A stretch of DNA of 64,000 nucleotides from Armatimonadota bacterium (GTDB lineage: Bacteria > Armatimonadota > UBA5829 > DTLH01). Position 1 is the stretch's first letter. Each line of letters begins with the position of its first letter. The notes under the pieces are model-generated. The model saw only the letters and a list, made by a program, of their open reading frames with translations. It had not been told where the DNA came from and did no database searches. Made by a program: the position numbers and the translations under genes. Positions 1-9,693 of this stretch are shown here, one piece after another. The stretch lies in NCBI GenBank assembly GCA_038207085.1, contig JBBRAE010000001.1:209627-273626 (forward strand). Reading direction: 5' to 3'.

Positions 1-1
1 T

Positions 2-739
2 GATCCCGTGCTCGTCATGCAGGTAATGGGCCGCAAGATCGGCTTTATACCCGCTGCCGCGCGTCTCGCCGACCCGGATCGCCGTATGCCGCTACAGATA
101 TATCTTGTGGAGTCAGGCCTTTCGCTTTCAGACCTCGCCGATGGGGTTAGCGATCAACTGAGGACCGACGGACGATGCCTGGTCGCCGTCAGCGAAGGGT
201 TCAATGTCGGTGACATCGGCGAGATGAAGGATTCCTTCGGTCACACGACGTTCAGCTCAAGCCAGATCACAGTTGCTCAAGTTATCACCAATTACTTGAA
301 CAAGGTTGGACTTCCGGTTGGCGGCGCAGCGCGGTGTCAGGTGCCGGGATGCGACCAGCGGGATGCCATCGCCTACGCGTCGACGGTCGACCTCGATGAA
401 GCGTATCTCGTCGGCTGTAAAGCCGTCCAGGTCGCATTTCAGGACGGAAACGGCTATATGGCGACGATTCTCAGGAAGCCGGGCTCGATCTATAGCGTAT
501 ACTACGACAAGGTCCCGCTTGAGAAGGTCGCAAACTCAGAGAGAACCTTCCCCAGGGAGTGGCTTTCCGAGTCCCGCACAGACGTGACAGACGAGTTCGT
601 AGACTACGCGAGACCACTGATCGGAGAGGACTTGGTAAGCGTGCCGATGGTCAATGGCCTGATGCGTTTCGCGCGGTTTGAACCGAAGTTCGCAGACAAA
701 AAGCTGCCGGACTATATGCCGGTTGGATATCGTAAATAG
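2..739 (+). CDS. 6-phosphofructokinase family protein (PPi-dependent Pfp-like), 5'-truncated by window edge
   Basis: MGR motif (QVMGRKIGFIPAAA), VAVSEG and DSFGH segments typical of PfkA/Pfp family; frame is open from position 2. Confidence 0.85.
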   Translation, partial: DPVLVMQVMGRKIGFIPAAARLADPDRRMPLQIYLVESGLSLSDLADGVSDQLRTDGRCLVAVSEGFNVGDIGEMKDSFGHTTFSSSQITVAQVITNYLNKVGLPVGGAARCQVPGCDQRDAIAYASTVDLDEAYLVGCKAVQVAFQDGNGYMATILRKPGSIYSVYYDKVPLEKVANSERTFPREWLSESRTDVTDEFVDYARPLIGEDLVSVPMVNGLMRFARFEPKFADKKLPDYMPVGYRK

Positions 740-775
740 CAAGTTATTCAGAATATCTTGATGGAGGAAGTCAAT

Positions 776-1663
776 ATGTCAGATCCGGCACAGGCGCTGA
801 AGGATCTTAAGAAAGAACACGAGTTTTTGGTCGGGATCGACTCCGACGGCTGCGCGTTCGATACGATGGAGATCAAACACAAGGAGTGCTTTATCCCCAA
901 TATCGTCAAATACTGGGACCTGCAGGCTGTCTCAAAGTATGCCCGCGAGGCTGCAGAGTTCGTCAATCTGTACTCCAAGTGGCGCGGAATCAACAGGTTT
1001 CCGGCGCTTCTGATGGTCCTTGATCTGCTCGAAGAGCGTGATAACGTCAAGAAGCGCGGCGTAACCATCCCCCGAGCTGAGTCGCTTCGCAAGTGGGCGG
1101 AGACCGAGACCAAGCTTGGTAACCCTGCCCTTATAAAGGCTGTCGAAGCCACCGGCGACCCCGTTCTCATCCAGACGCTTGAGTGGTCCAAGGCCGTCAA
1201 CGCAAGCGTTGAGGACATTGTCCACGGCGTGCCGCCGTTCCCGTTTGTCAGGGAGAGCCTGGAGAAGGTGCTGCCGCTCGCCGATATGGTCGTCGTTTCG
1301 GCTACTCCCGGCGAGGCACTCGTTCGAGAGTGGGAAGAGCATGACATCGCCAAGTACACCAAGGTGATCGCGGGCCAGGAGATGGGTAACAAGAAAGAGC
1401 ATCTGAAGTACGCGATCGATGGTCGCTACCAGCCCGACCACGTGTTGATGATCGGCGATGCTCCCGGAGATATGAAGGCCGCAAAAGCCAACAACGCGCT
1501 CTTCTACCCGATTAACCCCGGCGACGAGGACACTTCCTGGCAGAGGTTCTACGAAGAAGCGTTCGACAAGTTCATCGCTGGCGAGTACGCCGGTGAGTAC
1601 GAAGCAAAGTTGATCGCAGAGTTCGACAAGTACCTGCCGGACACACCTTTCTGGAAGAAGTAG
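776..1663 (+). CDS. HAD-superfamily hydrolase
   Basis: Motif I GIDSDGC, motif II VVSAT, motif IV MIGDAPGD; ATG 776 preceded by GGAGG. Confidence 0.9.
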   Translation: MSDPAQALKDLKKEHEFLVGIDSDGCAFDTMEIKHKECFIPNIVKYWDLQAVSKYAREAAEFVNLYSKWRGINRFPALLMVLDLLEERDNVKKRGVTIPRAESLRKWAETETKLGNPALIKAVEATGDPVLIQTLEWSKAVNASVEDIVHGVPPFPFVRESLEKVLPLADMVVVSATPGEALVREWEEHDIAKYTKVIAGQEMGNKKEHLKYAIDGRYQPDHVLMIGDAPGDMKAAKANNALFYPINPGDEDTSWQRFYEEAFDKFIAGEYAGEYEAKLIAEFDKYLPDTPFWKK

Positions 1664-1665
1664 AT

Positions 1666-2910
1666 ATGATCGGAACAGGATACCAAGACCGCCAGCTCAC
1701 CGAGAGCGAGGCGGTCAACCTAATTCGTATAGCTCTTGAAAGCGAGAGCTTCGACGGCAAGCGTGTTCTTATGCTGCTGCCGGACCACACGCGTTCGGCT
1801 CCGGTGCCGATGATGTTCAAGGCGATCTACGAAGCACTGGCGCATCGAACAGCCGCGCTTGACGCTTTGATCGCTCTTGGAACGCATCCCCCAATGGCCG
1901 AAGAGCATATACATCAGCTCGTAGGCATCACGGGCGACGAACACGAGACTAAGTACTCCAAGACTACGTTCTATAACCATATGTGGAAAGATCCCGACGC
2001 GCTCACGTGCGTTGGAACGATCCCCGAAGACCGAATCTTTGAGATCACCGAGGGAAAGTTCAGGATGCCGGTTGATGTGGAGGTCAACAAGCTTCTCCTC
2101 GATTACGACCACATCATGATCGTCGGTCCGGTCTTCCCGCACGAAGTCGCGGGGTTCTCCGGTGGAAACAAGTATGTCTTCCCTGGAGTCGCAGGTCAGG
2201 GGATAATCGACTTCTTCCACTGGCTTGGGGCACTAATCACAAACCCGGTCATCATCGGGACGAAATACACCCCGGTGCGCGGCGTGATCGACGAGGCTGT
2301 GAAGTATGTCCCCACGGAGCGGAGCGCCTTCTCAATGGTGATGCAGGGGCACGACCTGATGGGGATCTACTACGGTGACGTTGACGAATCGTGGTCAGCT
2401 GCCGCCGATCAATCCGACAAGCTCAATATCATCTACAAAGACAAAAGCTTTCACACCGTGCTTTCCCGCGCTCCTGAGATGTATGACGACCTCTGGACCG
2501 GCGGCAAGTGCATGTATAAGCTCGAACCGGTTGTCGCCGACGGCGGCAAGCTCATCATCTACGCGCCGCACATCACCGAGATCAGCTATACTCACGGCAA
2601 GGTGCTCGACGAGATCGGGTATCATACCCGGGACTACTTCACGGCCCAGTGGGACAAGTTCAAGGACTACCCCTGGGGCGTCGTAGCCCACTCCACCCAC
2701 GTCCGAGGCATTGGGATCTACGAAAACGGGGTAGAGAAGCCTCGCGTGGACGTGATACTCGCAACCGGCATCCCACAAGAGCGATGCCGACAGGTCAATC
2801 TCGGGTACATCAACCCGAAGGACATCAACCCCAGCGACTATATGGACAGGGAAAATGAAGGCGTGCTCTATGTGCCAAGAGCCGGTGAGATGCTTTACAG
2901 ACTGAAGTAA
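1666..2910 (+). CDS. LarA (lactate racemase)-family nickel-pincer-dependent racemase/epimerase homologue
   Basis: PDHTR, LGTH, FPHEVAGFSGGNK, FFHW and GKCMYK correspond to conserved LarA active-site motifs. Confidence 0.88.
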   Translation: MIGTGYQDRQLTESEAVNLIRIALESESFDGKRVLMLLPDHTRSAPVPMMFKAIYEALAHRTAALDALIALGTHPPMAEEHIHQLVGITGDEHETKYSKTTFYNHMWKDPDALTCVGTIPEDRIFEITEGKFRMPVDVEVNKLLLDYDHIMIVGPVFPHEVAGFSGGNKYVFPGVAGQGIIDFFHWLGALITNPVIIGTKYTPVRGVIDEAVKYVPTERSAFSMVMQGHDLMGIYYGDVDESWSAAADQSDKLNIIYKDKSFHTVLSRAPEMYDDLWTGGKCMYKLEPVVADGGKLIIYAPHITEISYTHGKVLDEIGYHTRDYFTAQWDKFKDYPWGVVAHSTHVRGIGIYENGVEKPRVDVILATGIPQERCRQVNLGYINPKDINPSDYMDRENEGVLYVPRAGEMLYRLK

Positions 2911-2947
2911 CATAGCGATTTGTACGACTTTCAGCAAAGGAGATTCT

Positions 2948-4360
2948 ATGTCTAAAGCAAATATGGGTATGGTCGGGCTCGGCGTAATGGGCCAGAACCT
3001 TGCCCTGAATATGGAAAGCAAAGGCTTCAACGTCTGCGGCTACGACACCTCACGCGAGAAGGTCGATGCGTTCGTTAACGGCAAAGGCCAGGGCAAGAAC
3101 GTCTGCGGCGCGTATTCGCTGCAGGAGCTGATCGACTGCCTGGAGAAACCTCGCAGAATTATGATGATGGTGCCGGCGGGCAAACCAGTTGATGAAGTTA
3201 TCGACACTCTTGCACCGATGCTTGAGTCGGGCGATATTCTGATCGACGGAGGAAACTCTTACTTCCGAGACACTACCCTGCGCACAAAGGCACTTGAGAG
3301 CCAGGGTTTGCTCTTCATCGGCACAGGTGTCTCCGGCGGTGAAGAAGGCGCGCTCCGAGGCCCGAGCATTATGCCCGGCGGCTCGCCTGACGCATGGCCC
3401 GCAGTACAGCCGATCCTCCAGAAGATCGCCGCCAAGGTCCCTGATGGCACTCCGTGCTGCCAGTGGGTCGGACGCGACGGCGCGGGGCATTTCGTCAAGA
3501 TGATCCACAATGGCATCGAGTACGGCGATATGCAGCTCATCTCCGAAGCCTACTTCATCATGAAAGAGGCGCTCGGACTCTCAGCCGATGAGCTTCACGA
3601 AGTTTTTGCCGAATGGAACAAGGGCGAGCTTTCGAGTTATCTCATCGAGATTACCGCTGATATCTTTACCAAGAAAGACCCCGACACCGGGCTTCCGGTA
3701 GTCGATATCATTCTGGACTCGGCAGGCCAGAAGGGCACAGGAAGCTGGACGAGCCAGATCGCCCTTGAGTTCGGAGTCGCCGCACCGACGATCGCCGAAG
3801 CGGTCTTTGCGCGCTGTATTTCAGCGATCAAGAGCGAGCGGGTTGCGGCCTCCAAAACGCTTTCCGGCCCAGACGCTAAGTTTGAAGGCGACAAGAAGCA
3901 GTTCATCGAAGATATTCGTCAGACGCTTTACGCATCCAAGATCTGCTCCTATGCTCAGGGTTTCGGCCTTATGCGCGAGGCTAACAAGGAGTATGATTGG
4001 GGTCTCAAGTTCGGCGATATCGCTCTGCTTTGGCGCGCAGGCTGCATCATCCGTGCCGCGTTCCTCGACCCGATCAAAGAGGCGTTTGACACCAACCCGG
4101 AACTCCCGAACCTCCTGATGGCACCCTACTTCACTGATGCTGTCGATAAGGCGCAGAAGAGTTGGAGAAATGTTGTCGCCATTGCTGCTCGGCTTGGGAT
4201 CCCAATCCCTGGATTCAGCTCGGCGCTCGCCTACTTCGACAGCTACAGACGCGACAGGCTCCCTGCGAACCTGATTCAGGCGCAGCGCGATTACTTCGGC
4301 GCGCACACCTACAAGAGAGTCGACAAAGAAGGCACATTCCACACCGAATGGATCGATTAG
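2948..4360 (+). CDS. gndA: 6-phosphogluconate dehydrogenase, decarboxylating (NADP-dependent type)
   Basis: GLGVMG, GVSGGEEGA, KMIHNGIEYGDMQ, QKGTG and QAQRDYFGAHTY signatures; AGGAG RBS. Confidence 0.98.
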   Translation: MSKANMGMVGLGVMGQNLALNMESKGFNVCGYDTSREKVDAFVNGKGQGKNVCGAYSLQELIDCLEKPRRIMMMVPAGKPVDEVIDTLAPMLESGDILIDGGNSYFRDTTLRTKALESQGLLFIGTGVSGGEEGALRGPSIMPGGSPDAWPAVQPILQKIAAKVPDGTPCCQWVGRDGAGHFVKMIHNGIEYGDMQLISEAYFIMKEALGLSADELHEVFAEWNKGELSSYLIEITADIFTKKDPDTGLPVVDIILDSAGQKGTGSWTSQIALEFGVAAPTIAEAVFARCISAIKSERVAASKTLSGPDAKFEGDKKQFIEDIRQTLYASKICSYAQGFGLMREANKEYDWGLKFGDIALLWRAGCIIRAAFLDPIKEAFDTNPELPNLLMAPYFTDAVDKAQKSWRNVVAIAARLGIPIPGFSSALAYFDSYRRDRLPANLIQAQRDYFGAHTYKRVDKEGTFHTEWID

Positions 4361-4484
4361 ACTAGTGGGTCACTTGGCATGAAATCAGCCATTGTTGGGT
4401 GGCAATTTCCGAATCGCCACCCAAAAGCTAAGACGAAATTTCCGAATCCCGAATGGCGTAATGCATGGCAATTGACCGACTAGT
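4361..4484. mobile_element. MITE-like element, family B copy 1
   Basis: Flanked by CTAG on both sides; imperfect terminal inverted repeats TGGGTCACTTGGCATG / TCGGTCAATTGCCATG (13 of 16); related reverse-complement copy at 52247-52337. Confidence 0.65.
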
Positions 4485-4626
4485 TGTTAACATAAAGCCC
4501 ACTCAAGGTAACATAATACCTATTTACTGCAACCTATTTAAAATCCTAAAGCTCAGCACTTGACGAAGCCCTCCTGGTTGCCGACAATAATGATATAGAA
4601 CCTGGCAATATTACGGAGGGTTGGAA

Positions 4627-4887
4627 GTGTTAATTACAACAAAGATGCGCTGTTTGTCTAGGACTGCCGTGCTGTTTGCGGTCGCCGGATTCTGTATGCC
4701 GATGCAACTGCATGCAGCAACAGACCCAACCGACATTATGATCAGGGCGCTAGTAAAGATAAGCTTTCCGGGTTGCAGTTCAACTACGAATGGCGTCGCA
4801 GACAGGGCACGCAGCCTAGCTTCGACCAGTTTATTGCACAGATTCAGGCCAGGTTCTAAGGTTGTTGTTTACAAAAGTCCTCTGTAA
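4627..4887 (+). pseudogene. Possible truncated remnant of a secreted-protein gene
   Basis: GGAGG then GTG; signal-peptide-like MRCLSRTAVLFAVAGFCMPMQLHA; the rest is short and unrecognisable. Confidence 0.25.
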
Positions 4888-4985
4888 AAGCTCACATTAT
4901 TAGCCAATTCTGTGTATGAAATGACCGCTAGCGTGGTAGAATATTACTCGGTATCTCAACAATTATGATCGTATCGAAGTGAGCT

Positions 4986-6122
4986 ATGAGATTGTTAGCC
5001 AAAATCAAACACAGCCATATCTTTCTATCCGCAGCTGCTCTTGCTCTTGCGACAGGCGCTGCCGTCTTTATGATAGACGGACAGCCCAGCAGTGGGAGTA
5101 TGCACGGTTCCGGGACCGCTCGCTGCCAGGACTTGCTGCAGCCTGTTGAGCTTGCGTACCTACCGGAAGCCTTCTCTGCGCGACTCTTCCCGCTCAGCCC
5201 GTTTGCCCGATCACCCCTTGCCAGCAGAGGCCTGTTTTCACTGCAGGGTTACGACGTGAGATCGTTCGCTGACGTGCTCGTAATCCACGAGATAGACCTA
5301 CGCAGTGGCCCCGATGAGCTCACCAACGTCGAGCTTGCGAGCGAGGCGGTGGACGGTCACGTTATAGCGCCCTATGACACGTTTTCGTTCAACTCCGTCG
5401 TCGGAGAGCGTTCAGCCGATCGAGGATTCCGTCCGGGGCTGATGTTTTCTCGCGGAGAGGTCGTCACAGGAGTCGGTGGTGGCGTCTGCATAGTATCGAC
5501 TGCGGTTTACAATGCCGCAGTGCGTGCGGGTTATCAAGTTATAGAGCGATACCCACACTCGGGGTGCGTCCGCTACGCCGAACCGGGCCTGGACGCGGCG
5601 GTTGTTTACGGATGCATGGATATGCGTTTCAAGAACAACACCGGCAACGCCGTCCTTTTGCGGAGCAAGATCGTCGACGATAAGCTCGTCGTCACGCTTC
5701 TGGGTAAGAAGCGGCCTGGACTCACCGTGGAAATAGCTCGCGAGGGGTTCAGAGAGCTTCCGTTCAAGATTGTCACGAAAGAGGATCCGACTGTCCCTGA
5801 AGGCACGGTGCAGGTCAAGACCCCTGCGAGAACAGGCTTCGAGGCGACGACGATACGTGTCATCAAGCTCGGTGGCAAGGTCATAAAGCGCGAAGTCCTA
5901 AGCGTCGATCACGTCCCGGCCCGCGACAAGATCGTGCTCGTTCCTCCAAAGAATATCGATGAGATGGACAAGCCTGTCGACTTGAAAGCGACTGAAGACG
6001 CCACACGGGTCGAGGCCTCTCAGCCACTTACGGAGCCAGCCAAGGCATCCGACCCGCCGACTTGGACGATGCCGACTACTCAGATAGAGCCAGAACTCGA
6101 CGTTAAACTTGGGACCAAATAA
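4986..6122 (+). CDS. VanW-family protein with C-terminal G5-like domain
   Basis: FSFNSVVGER, GVGGGVCIVSTAVYNA, ERYPHS, DAAV and DMRFKN VanW motifs; EDPTVPEG...ARTG G5-like segment; N-terminal hydrophobic anchor. Confidence 0.9.
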   Translation: MRLLAKIKHSHIFLSAAALALATGAAVFMIDGQPSSGSMHGSGTARCQDLLQPVELAYLPEAFSARLFPLSPFARSPLASRGLFSLQGYDVRSFADVLVIHEIDLRSGPDELTNVELASEAVDGHVIAPYDTFSFNSVVGERSADRGFRPGLMFSRGEVVTGVGGGVCIVSTAVYNAAVRAGYQVIERYPHSGCVRYAEPGLDAAVVYGCMDMRFKNNTGNAVLLRSKIVDDKLVVTLLGKKRPGLTVEIAREGFRELPFKIVTKEDPTVPEGTVQVKTPARTGFEATTIRVIKLGGKVIKREVLSVDHVPARDKIVLVPPKNIDEMDKPVDLKATEDATRVEASQPLTEPAKASDPPTWTMPTTQIEPELDVKLGTK

Positions 6123-6165
6123 CAAGACGACAAGTAGTCTGAGAGCGTATCTGAGAAATCCCGAT

Positions 6166-6331
6166 TGTAGTGGCCGGTCGCCGTGCCGGCCAGCAGCGCC
6201 GAAGGCGCTGCCCTACTCAATTGACACGAAATTCCACCGTTCTCCGGCTCCTTCGGAGCCGATGCCCGCCACAGCGGACGGCCACTACACTTATCCAGAT
6301 GGCTGTCAAAGCGGACGGCCACTACACTTAT
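6166..6331. repeat. Cluster of four GTAG-footed REP-like palindromes between convergent genes
   Basis: GTAG-TGGCCGG..CCGGCCA on +; on - GTAG-GGCAGCGCC-TTC-GGCGCTGC and two GTAG-TGGCCGTC hairpins, the latter forming a 22-bp direct repeat at 6273-6294 and 6310-6331. Confidence 0.65.
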
Positions 6332-6342
6332 TAGACACGCTC

Positions 6343-7101
6343 TTAGTCGATCGGCTCAATTTTCCCCATAACAGGCGACGGATGAAGGACGTACGCGTCA
6401 ATCACGGCGCTTATACTCGCCGGATACTCACGAATCGGCGCGCGACTGTCTGAGGTCGCGGGAGCCGCAACTCCGTAAGCTTCGAGACCAACTGAGCGAG
6501 CAAGAAATAGCGCCCGAGGCAAATGATACCCCTGCGTTACGATAACGAGCTTGTCGAGCAAAAATATGTTCTTTGCGCGGTAGACTGAGTCGTAGGTTCT
6601 TCGCCCGGCATAATCCATCACCACGTCAGACGAGGGCACACCCTGGGAGACCGCATAATCGGCCATTCTCTGAGGCTCGTTATAGTTCTGCACGCGGTTG
6701 TCGCCCGACATCAGTATCTTCTCGACCCGACCTGCGTTGTAGAGGTCAATTGCGGTGTTTACCCGGTGCCTGAGTGTCCAGCTAAGCGCGCCGTTTGGCT
6801 GCACACCGGCCCCCAGCACCAGCGCGACGTGGTAATTCGGCATCTCCGACATTGTTTTGTAGACCCTATTATTGGCGGCGGACTGCACTATCACCATACA
6901 CAGGGCGAGTGCCAGAGAAGCGCCGATTGAGACCACCATAAACCAAGACCGCAGCCGTTTCCAAAGTTTGCGCACAGACGCTTTCGCAAACCAACCCGTT
7001 TGCCGACTCACTCGGCGTCGCCGGGTTTTTCTAGTGGTCGAATAACTCCTGCTCGCGCTTGTGGTGCGCCGTCTCCTGTAGCTCGATCGCCTCTTGGCCA
7101 T
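6343..7101 (-). CDS. SanA/YdcF (ElyC, DUF218) family membrane protein
   Basis: ALVLGAG, ILMSGDN, YNEP, DYAGRRTYDS and VTQGYHLPRA motifs; one TM helix after an Arg-rich N-terminus. Confidence 0.92.
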   Translation of the reverse strand: MAKRRSSYRRRRTTSASRSYSTTRKTRRRRVSRQTGWFAKASVRKLWKRLRSWFMVVSIGASLALALCMVIVQSAANNRVYKTMSEMPNYHVALVLGAGVQPNGALSWTLRHRVNTAIDLYNAGRVEKILMSGDNRVQNYNEPQRMADYAVSQGVPSSDVVMDYAGRRTYDSVYRAKNIFLLDKLVIVTQGYHLPRALFLARSVGLEAYGVAAPATSDSRAPIREYPASISAVIDAYVLHPSPVMGKIEPID

Positions 7102-7212
7102 CTCTATTCTCCCAAGTCAGTGGATAATTACCTAGAAAGACTATCACTACGCGAGCGAAATGTCTATGCCTGATGTGTTAGTGACCCACAAATATGGGAG
7201 TCGTCGCAGAGT

Positions 7213-8196
7213 TTAGGCAAGTGGAGCAGTGGCAACACGAGGATCGGATATCGACGCGGCCAATATTTCGGCGTGAGTCTTGAACGAATCACGAGAGCCT
7301 GCGTTTGACTTCGTCATTCCGAGTGCAAAGAGCTTGTTGTCGTAGGCTGCGGCAATTTTCGTGACGAGTTCCACGCGGTGCATAACATCACCCTGGCCGT
7401 CCCAAAGGCAGTTTACGGTCTCTACCGACAACTCCGGGAGTTTGCAGAACTCGCGGTACAGCCACTTGGATTCAGGCGCATATCTACGGTTCAGCAAGAA
7501 ACCAAGACGCATCGCGGCCTCGGCGAACCTCCACCAGGCCATCTGAGCGGTGTAGTAGTCGTCGCGTGCAATCGCCCTGGGAAGCATATCCTGACCATAA
7601 CGCCAGCACTCATCGAGCGCATGCGACATTCGCCGCCGCCATGCGTCCTCCGGGTAATATCTAGCAAACCCCTGCCTGCGGTCCGTCAGCTCCCCTACGG
7701 GGTCATAAAAGACCTGACCGTGCGTCACCTCAAAGAGACACGACTCGGGGATTCTTAGCCAATCCAGGGCGGTTTCTGGCGAGTGTGCGAATCCGGCGAG
7801 GTCGCCGCAGCAGGTGTTTGACGCAAAAAACTCGTCGATAGCGAATACGGGGTTGTTGGTCCGACCTGTGCTTCTGCAGTGAGCGCCCTCATACTGGGTC
7901 GGCAGCTCATTCAAAACACATTGGAGGTCGTGCCCGAGGGTTGCGAAGTCGGAACCTGTAAGAAATACCTGGAATCGCGGGCCCCAATCGAAATCCCGGG
8001 AGACTTCGTCATCGTTTCCCGAGCAGTCCGACCCGGCTGCAATAAGCCCTGCGGCTATGCGATCGACACTCTTTGGCAGCATGCTTTCAAGTGCCGGAAG
8101 CCCTACCTCCCAGAAATATCTGGAGGCTATCTCTATTCCTCTGGCCGATGCGGCGATGCCTTGGTTGGCATTCTGTCCGATCATTCTCACTTCCAA
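7213..8196 (-). CDS. DUF4037-family protein
   Basis: AAGL..GSDC.G.DDEVSRDFDWGP, GQVFYDPVGELT..R, YYPED and LLNRRYAP..KW motifs. Confidence 0.8.
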   Translation of the reverse strand: MEVRMIGQNANQGIAASARGIEIASRYFWEVGLPALESMLPKSVDRIAAGLIAAGSDCSGNDDEVSRDFDWGPRFQVFLTGSDFATLGHDLQCVLNELPTQYEGAHCRSTGRTNNPVFAIDEFFASNTCCGDLAGFAHSPETALDWLRIPESCLFEVTHGQVFYDPVGELTDRRQGFARYYPEDAWRRRMSHALDECWRYGQDMLPRAIARDDYYTAQMAWWRFAEAAMRLGFLLNRRYAPESKWLYREFCKLPELSVETVNCLWDGQGDVMHRVELVTKIAAAYDNKLFALGMTKSNAGSRDSFKTHAEILAASISDPRVATAPLA

Positions 8197-8455
8197 ACCT
8201 CTAGCGTCGGATTAACCCGAACCTGGGAAATCCATATTTCTAGCTTCGAAGCTTCTGCACGCAAAACACCCGTCAGTGCGGGCTATATTGTTAAGTTAAG
8301 CGTACATAAGCGTCTATGTGTTGTGCTCATGTCAAGTTAATAGACGAACGAAACGTCCGGTTTGTTCCACAACTGCGGCCTCATGAATAGAATTCTACCC
8401 AAATGATTACAATATAAGTGTAAGCACGATGACATATGTAAAGGGGGAAAGCTCG

Positions 8456-8977
8456 ATGAAGACCCGTTTTGCGGGAATTCTTATCGTAGTCGCGCTGGCA
8501 ATTCTCACATCAACCCTGGCTTGGGCCGATGCGGACACCCCTACGCGCTATTTTGGTCCGGGGCCCGGATATCCTGATAACCCCGGCTCGAAATATTTCT
8601 ACCGGTACTATCCGCCAGATCAATGGCAAAAGTATGGTTATGGTACCGGACACATGGGGGTCGGGTACGGCCCATATATTTACGGAGGACAACGACCCTC
8701 TCCGGGTGCTCGTGATGCGGCCATCTACGGCCCGTCGCTCATAATCCCGAAGTTCAAGATGGTTGGAAACAGTCAGGTAATGATCTCCGCTCCTGGCGTG
8801 GGAGTTACTGGCCTCACGGTAAATGTCCTCTCGTTCGGGGGAGCTGTGCTGCAAACTGGCTACGTGAACGCGTCGCCATTCGAGATTGTTGCAAATATTC
8901 CTGACGGTGCTACAGTGCTTCAGATTCGTGTCGACACCGTCTCAGGCTTCCGGGCAATGGGGTATTCACTCTACTGA
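8456..8977 (+). CDS. Hypothetical secreted protein (Gly/Tyr/Pro-rich N-terminal part, beta-rich C-terminal part)
   Basis: GGGGG RBS; signal peptide MKTRFAGILIVVALAILTSTLAWA. Confidence 0.75.
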   Translation: MKTRFAGILIVVALAILTSTLAWADADTPTRYFGPGPGYPDNPGSKYFYRYYPPDQWQKYGYGTGHMGVGYGPYIYGGQRPSPGARDAAIYGPSLIIPKFKMVGNSQVMISAPGVGVTGLTVNVLSFGGAVLQTGYVNASPFEIVANIPDGATVLQIRVDTVSGFRAMGYSLY

Positions 8978-8988
8978 CTGTAACAAGC

Positions 8989-9019
8989 GTAGGGCCGGTG
9001 AATAATCGTCGCCGGCCCT
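8989..9019 (+). terminator. GC-rich hairpin after the stop (terminator-like or GTAG-footed REP-like)
   Basis: AGGGCCGGTG...CGCCGGCCCT preceded by GT (GTAG foot); no clear U-tract. Confidence 0.45.
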
Positions 9020-9129
9020 GTCGGTATTATGCGACTTCGGTTCTTGACATATCCTCGTCTATGGTGCAAAATGTCTTCGCGACTCTGACGGCGCAATTGC
9101 TTGGCACGCGGTCGGTCGCTGGAGGGACC

Positions 9130-9693
9130 ATGATGACTGGTTCGATTAGCATGTTGATTATATTTGGGGTTCTGGGGCTGGTTGTGTTCTGGGTAATCCT
9201 CACTTACAACCGACTTGTGGTGCTCAAAAATGGAATTGAAAACGCGTGGTCGCAGATTGACGTTCAGCTTAGACGACGTTTCGACCTGATACCGAATCTC
9301 GTTGAGACCGTGAAGGGTTACGCTTCCCACGAAAAAGAGGTCTTTGAGAAGGTTACGCAGGCCCGTGCATCGATGGCAAACGCTCAAGGCGTTGCACAGC
9401 AGGCCGAAGCTCAGAACCTGATCACCGGAGCGCTGAAGAGCCTCTTTGCGGTAAGCGAGGCTTACCCCGAGCTAAAAGCAAACGAGAACTTCATGATGCT
9501 GCAGGAAGAGCTGTCGGGCACGGAATCGAAGATCGCCTACGCCAGACAGTTCTACAACGACTCTGTGATGTCGTTCAACACGATGATACAGTCGTTCCCT
9601 GCGAACCTGCTCGCTGGCGCATTCGGGTTTGCTGCTAAAGAATACTTCCCTATGGAAGACGTAGCCCGCGAGCCGGTGAAGGTTCAGTTCTAA
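9130..9693 (+). CDS. lemA: LemA family protein
   Basis: YNRLV, NAWSQIDVQLRRRFDLIPNLVETVKGYASHE, EAYPELKANENF and IAYARQFYN; GGAGG RBS. Confidence 0.97.
   Translation: MMTGSISMLIIFGVLGLVVFWVILTYNRLVVLKNGIENAWSQIDVQLRRRFDLIPNLVETVKGYASHEKEVFEKVTQARASMANAQGVAQQAEAQNLITGALKSLFAVSEAYPELKANENFMMLQEELSGTESKIAYARQFYNDSVMSFNTMIQSFPANLLAGAFGFAAKEYFPMEDVAREPVKVQF

Noticed and set aside
6273..6331. 22-bp direct repeat as a mini CRISPR array
   Set aside because: Only two units, a 15-nt spacer and no cas genes; better explained as tandem REP-like hairpins.
4986..7101. Vancomycin resistance cluster (vanW, sanA)
   Set aside because: No vanHAX or vanRS; both families are widespread envelope proteins.
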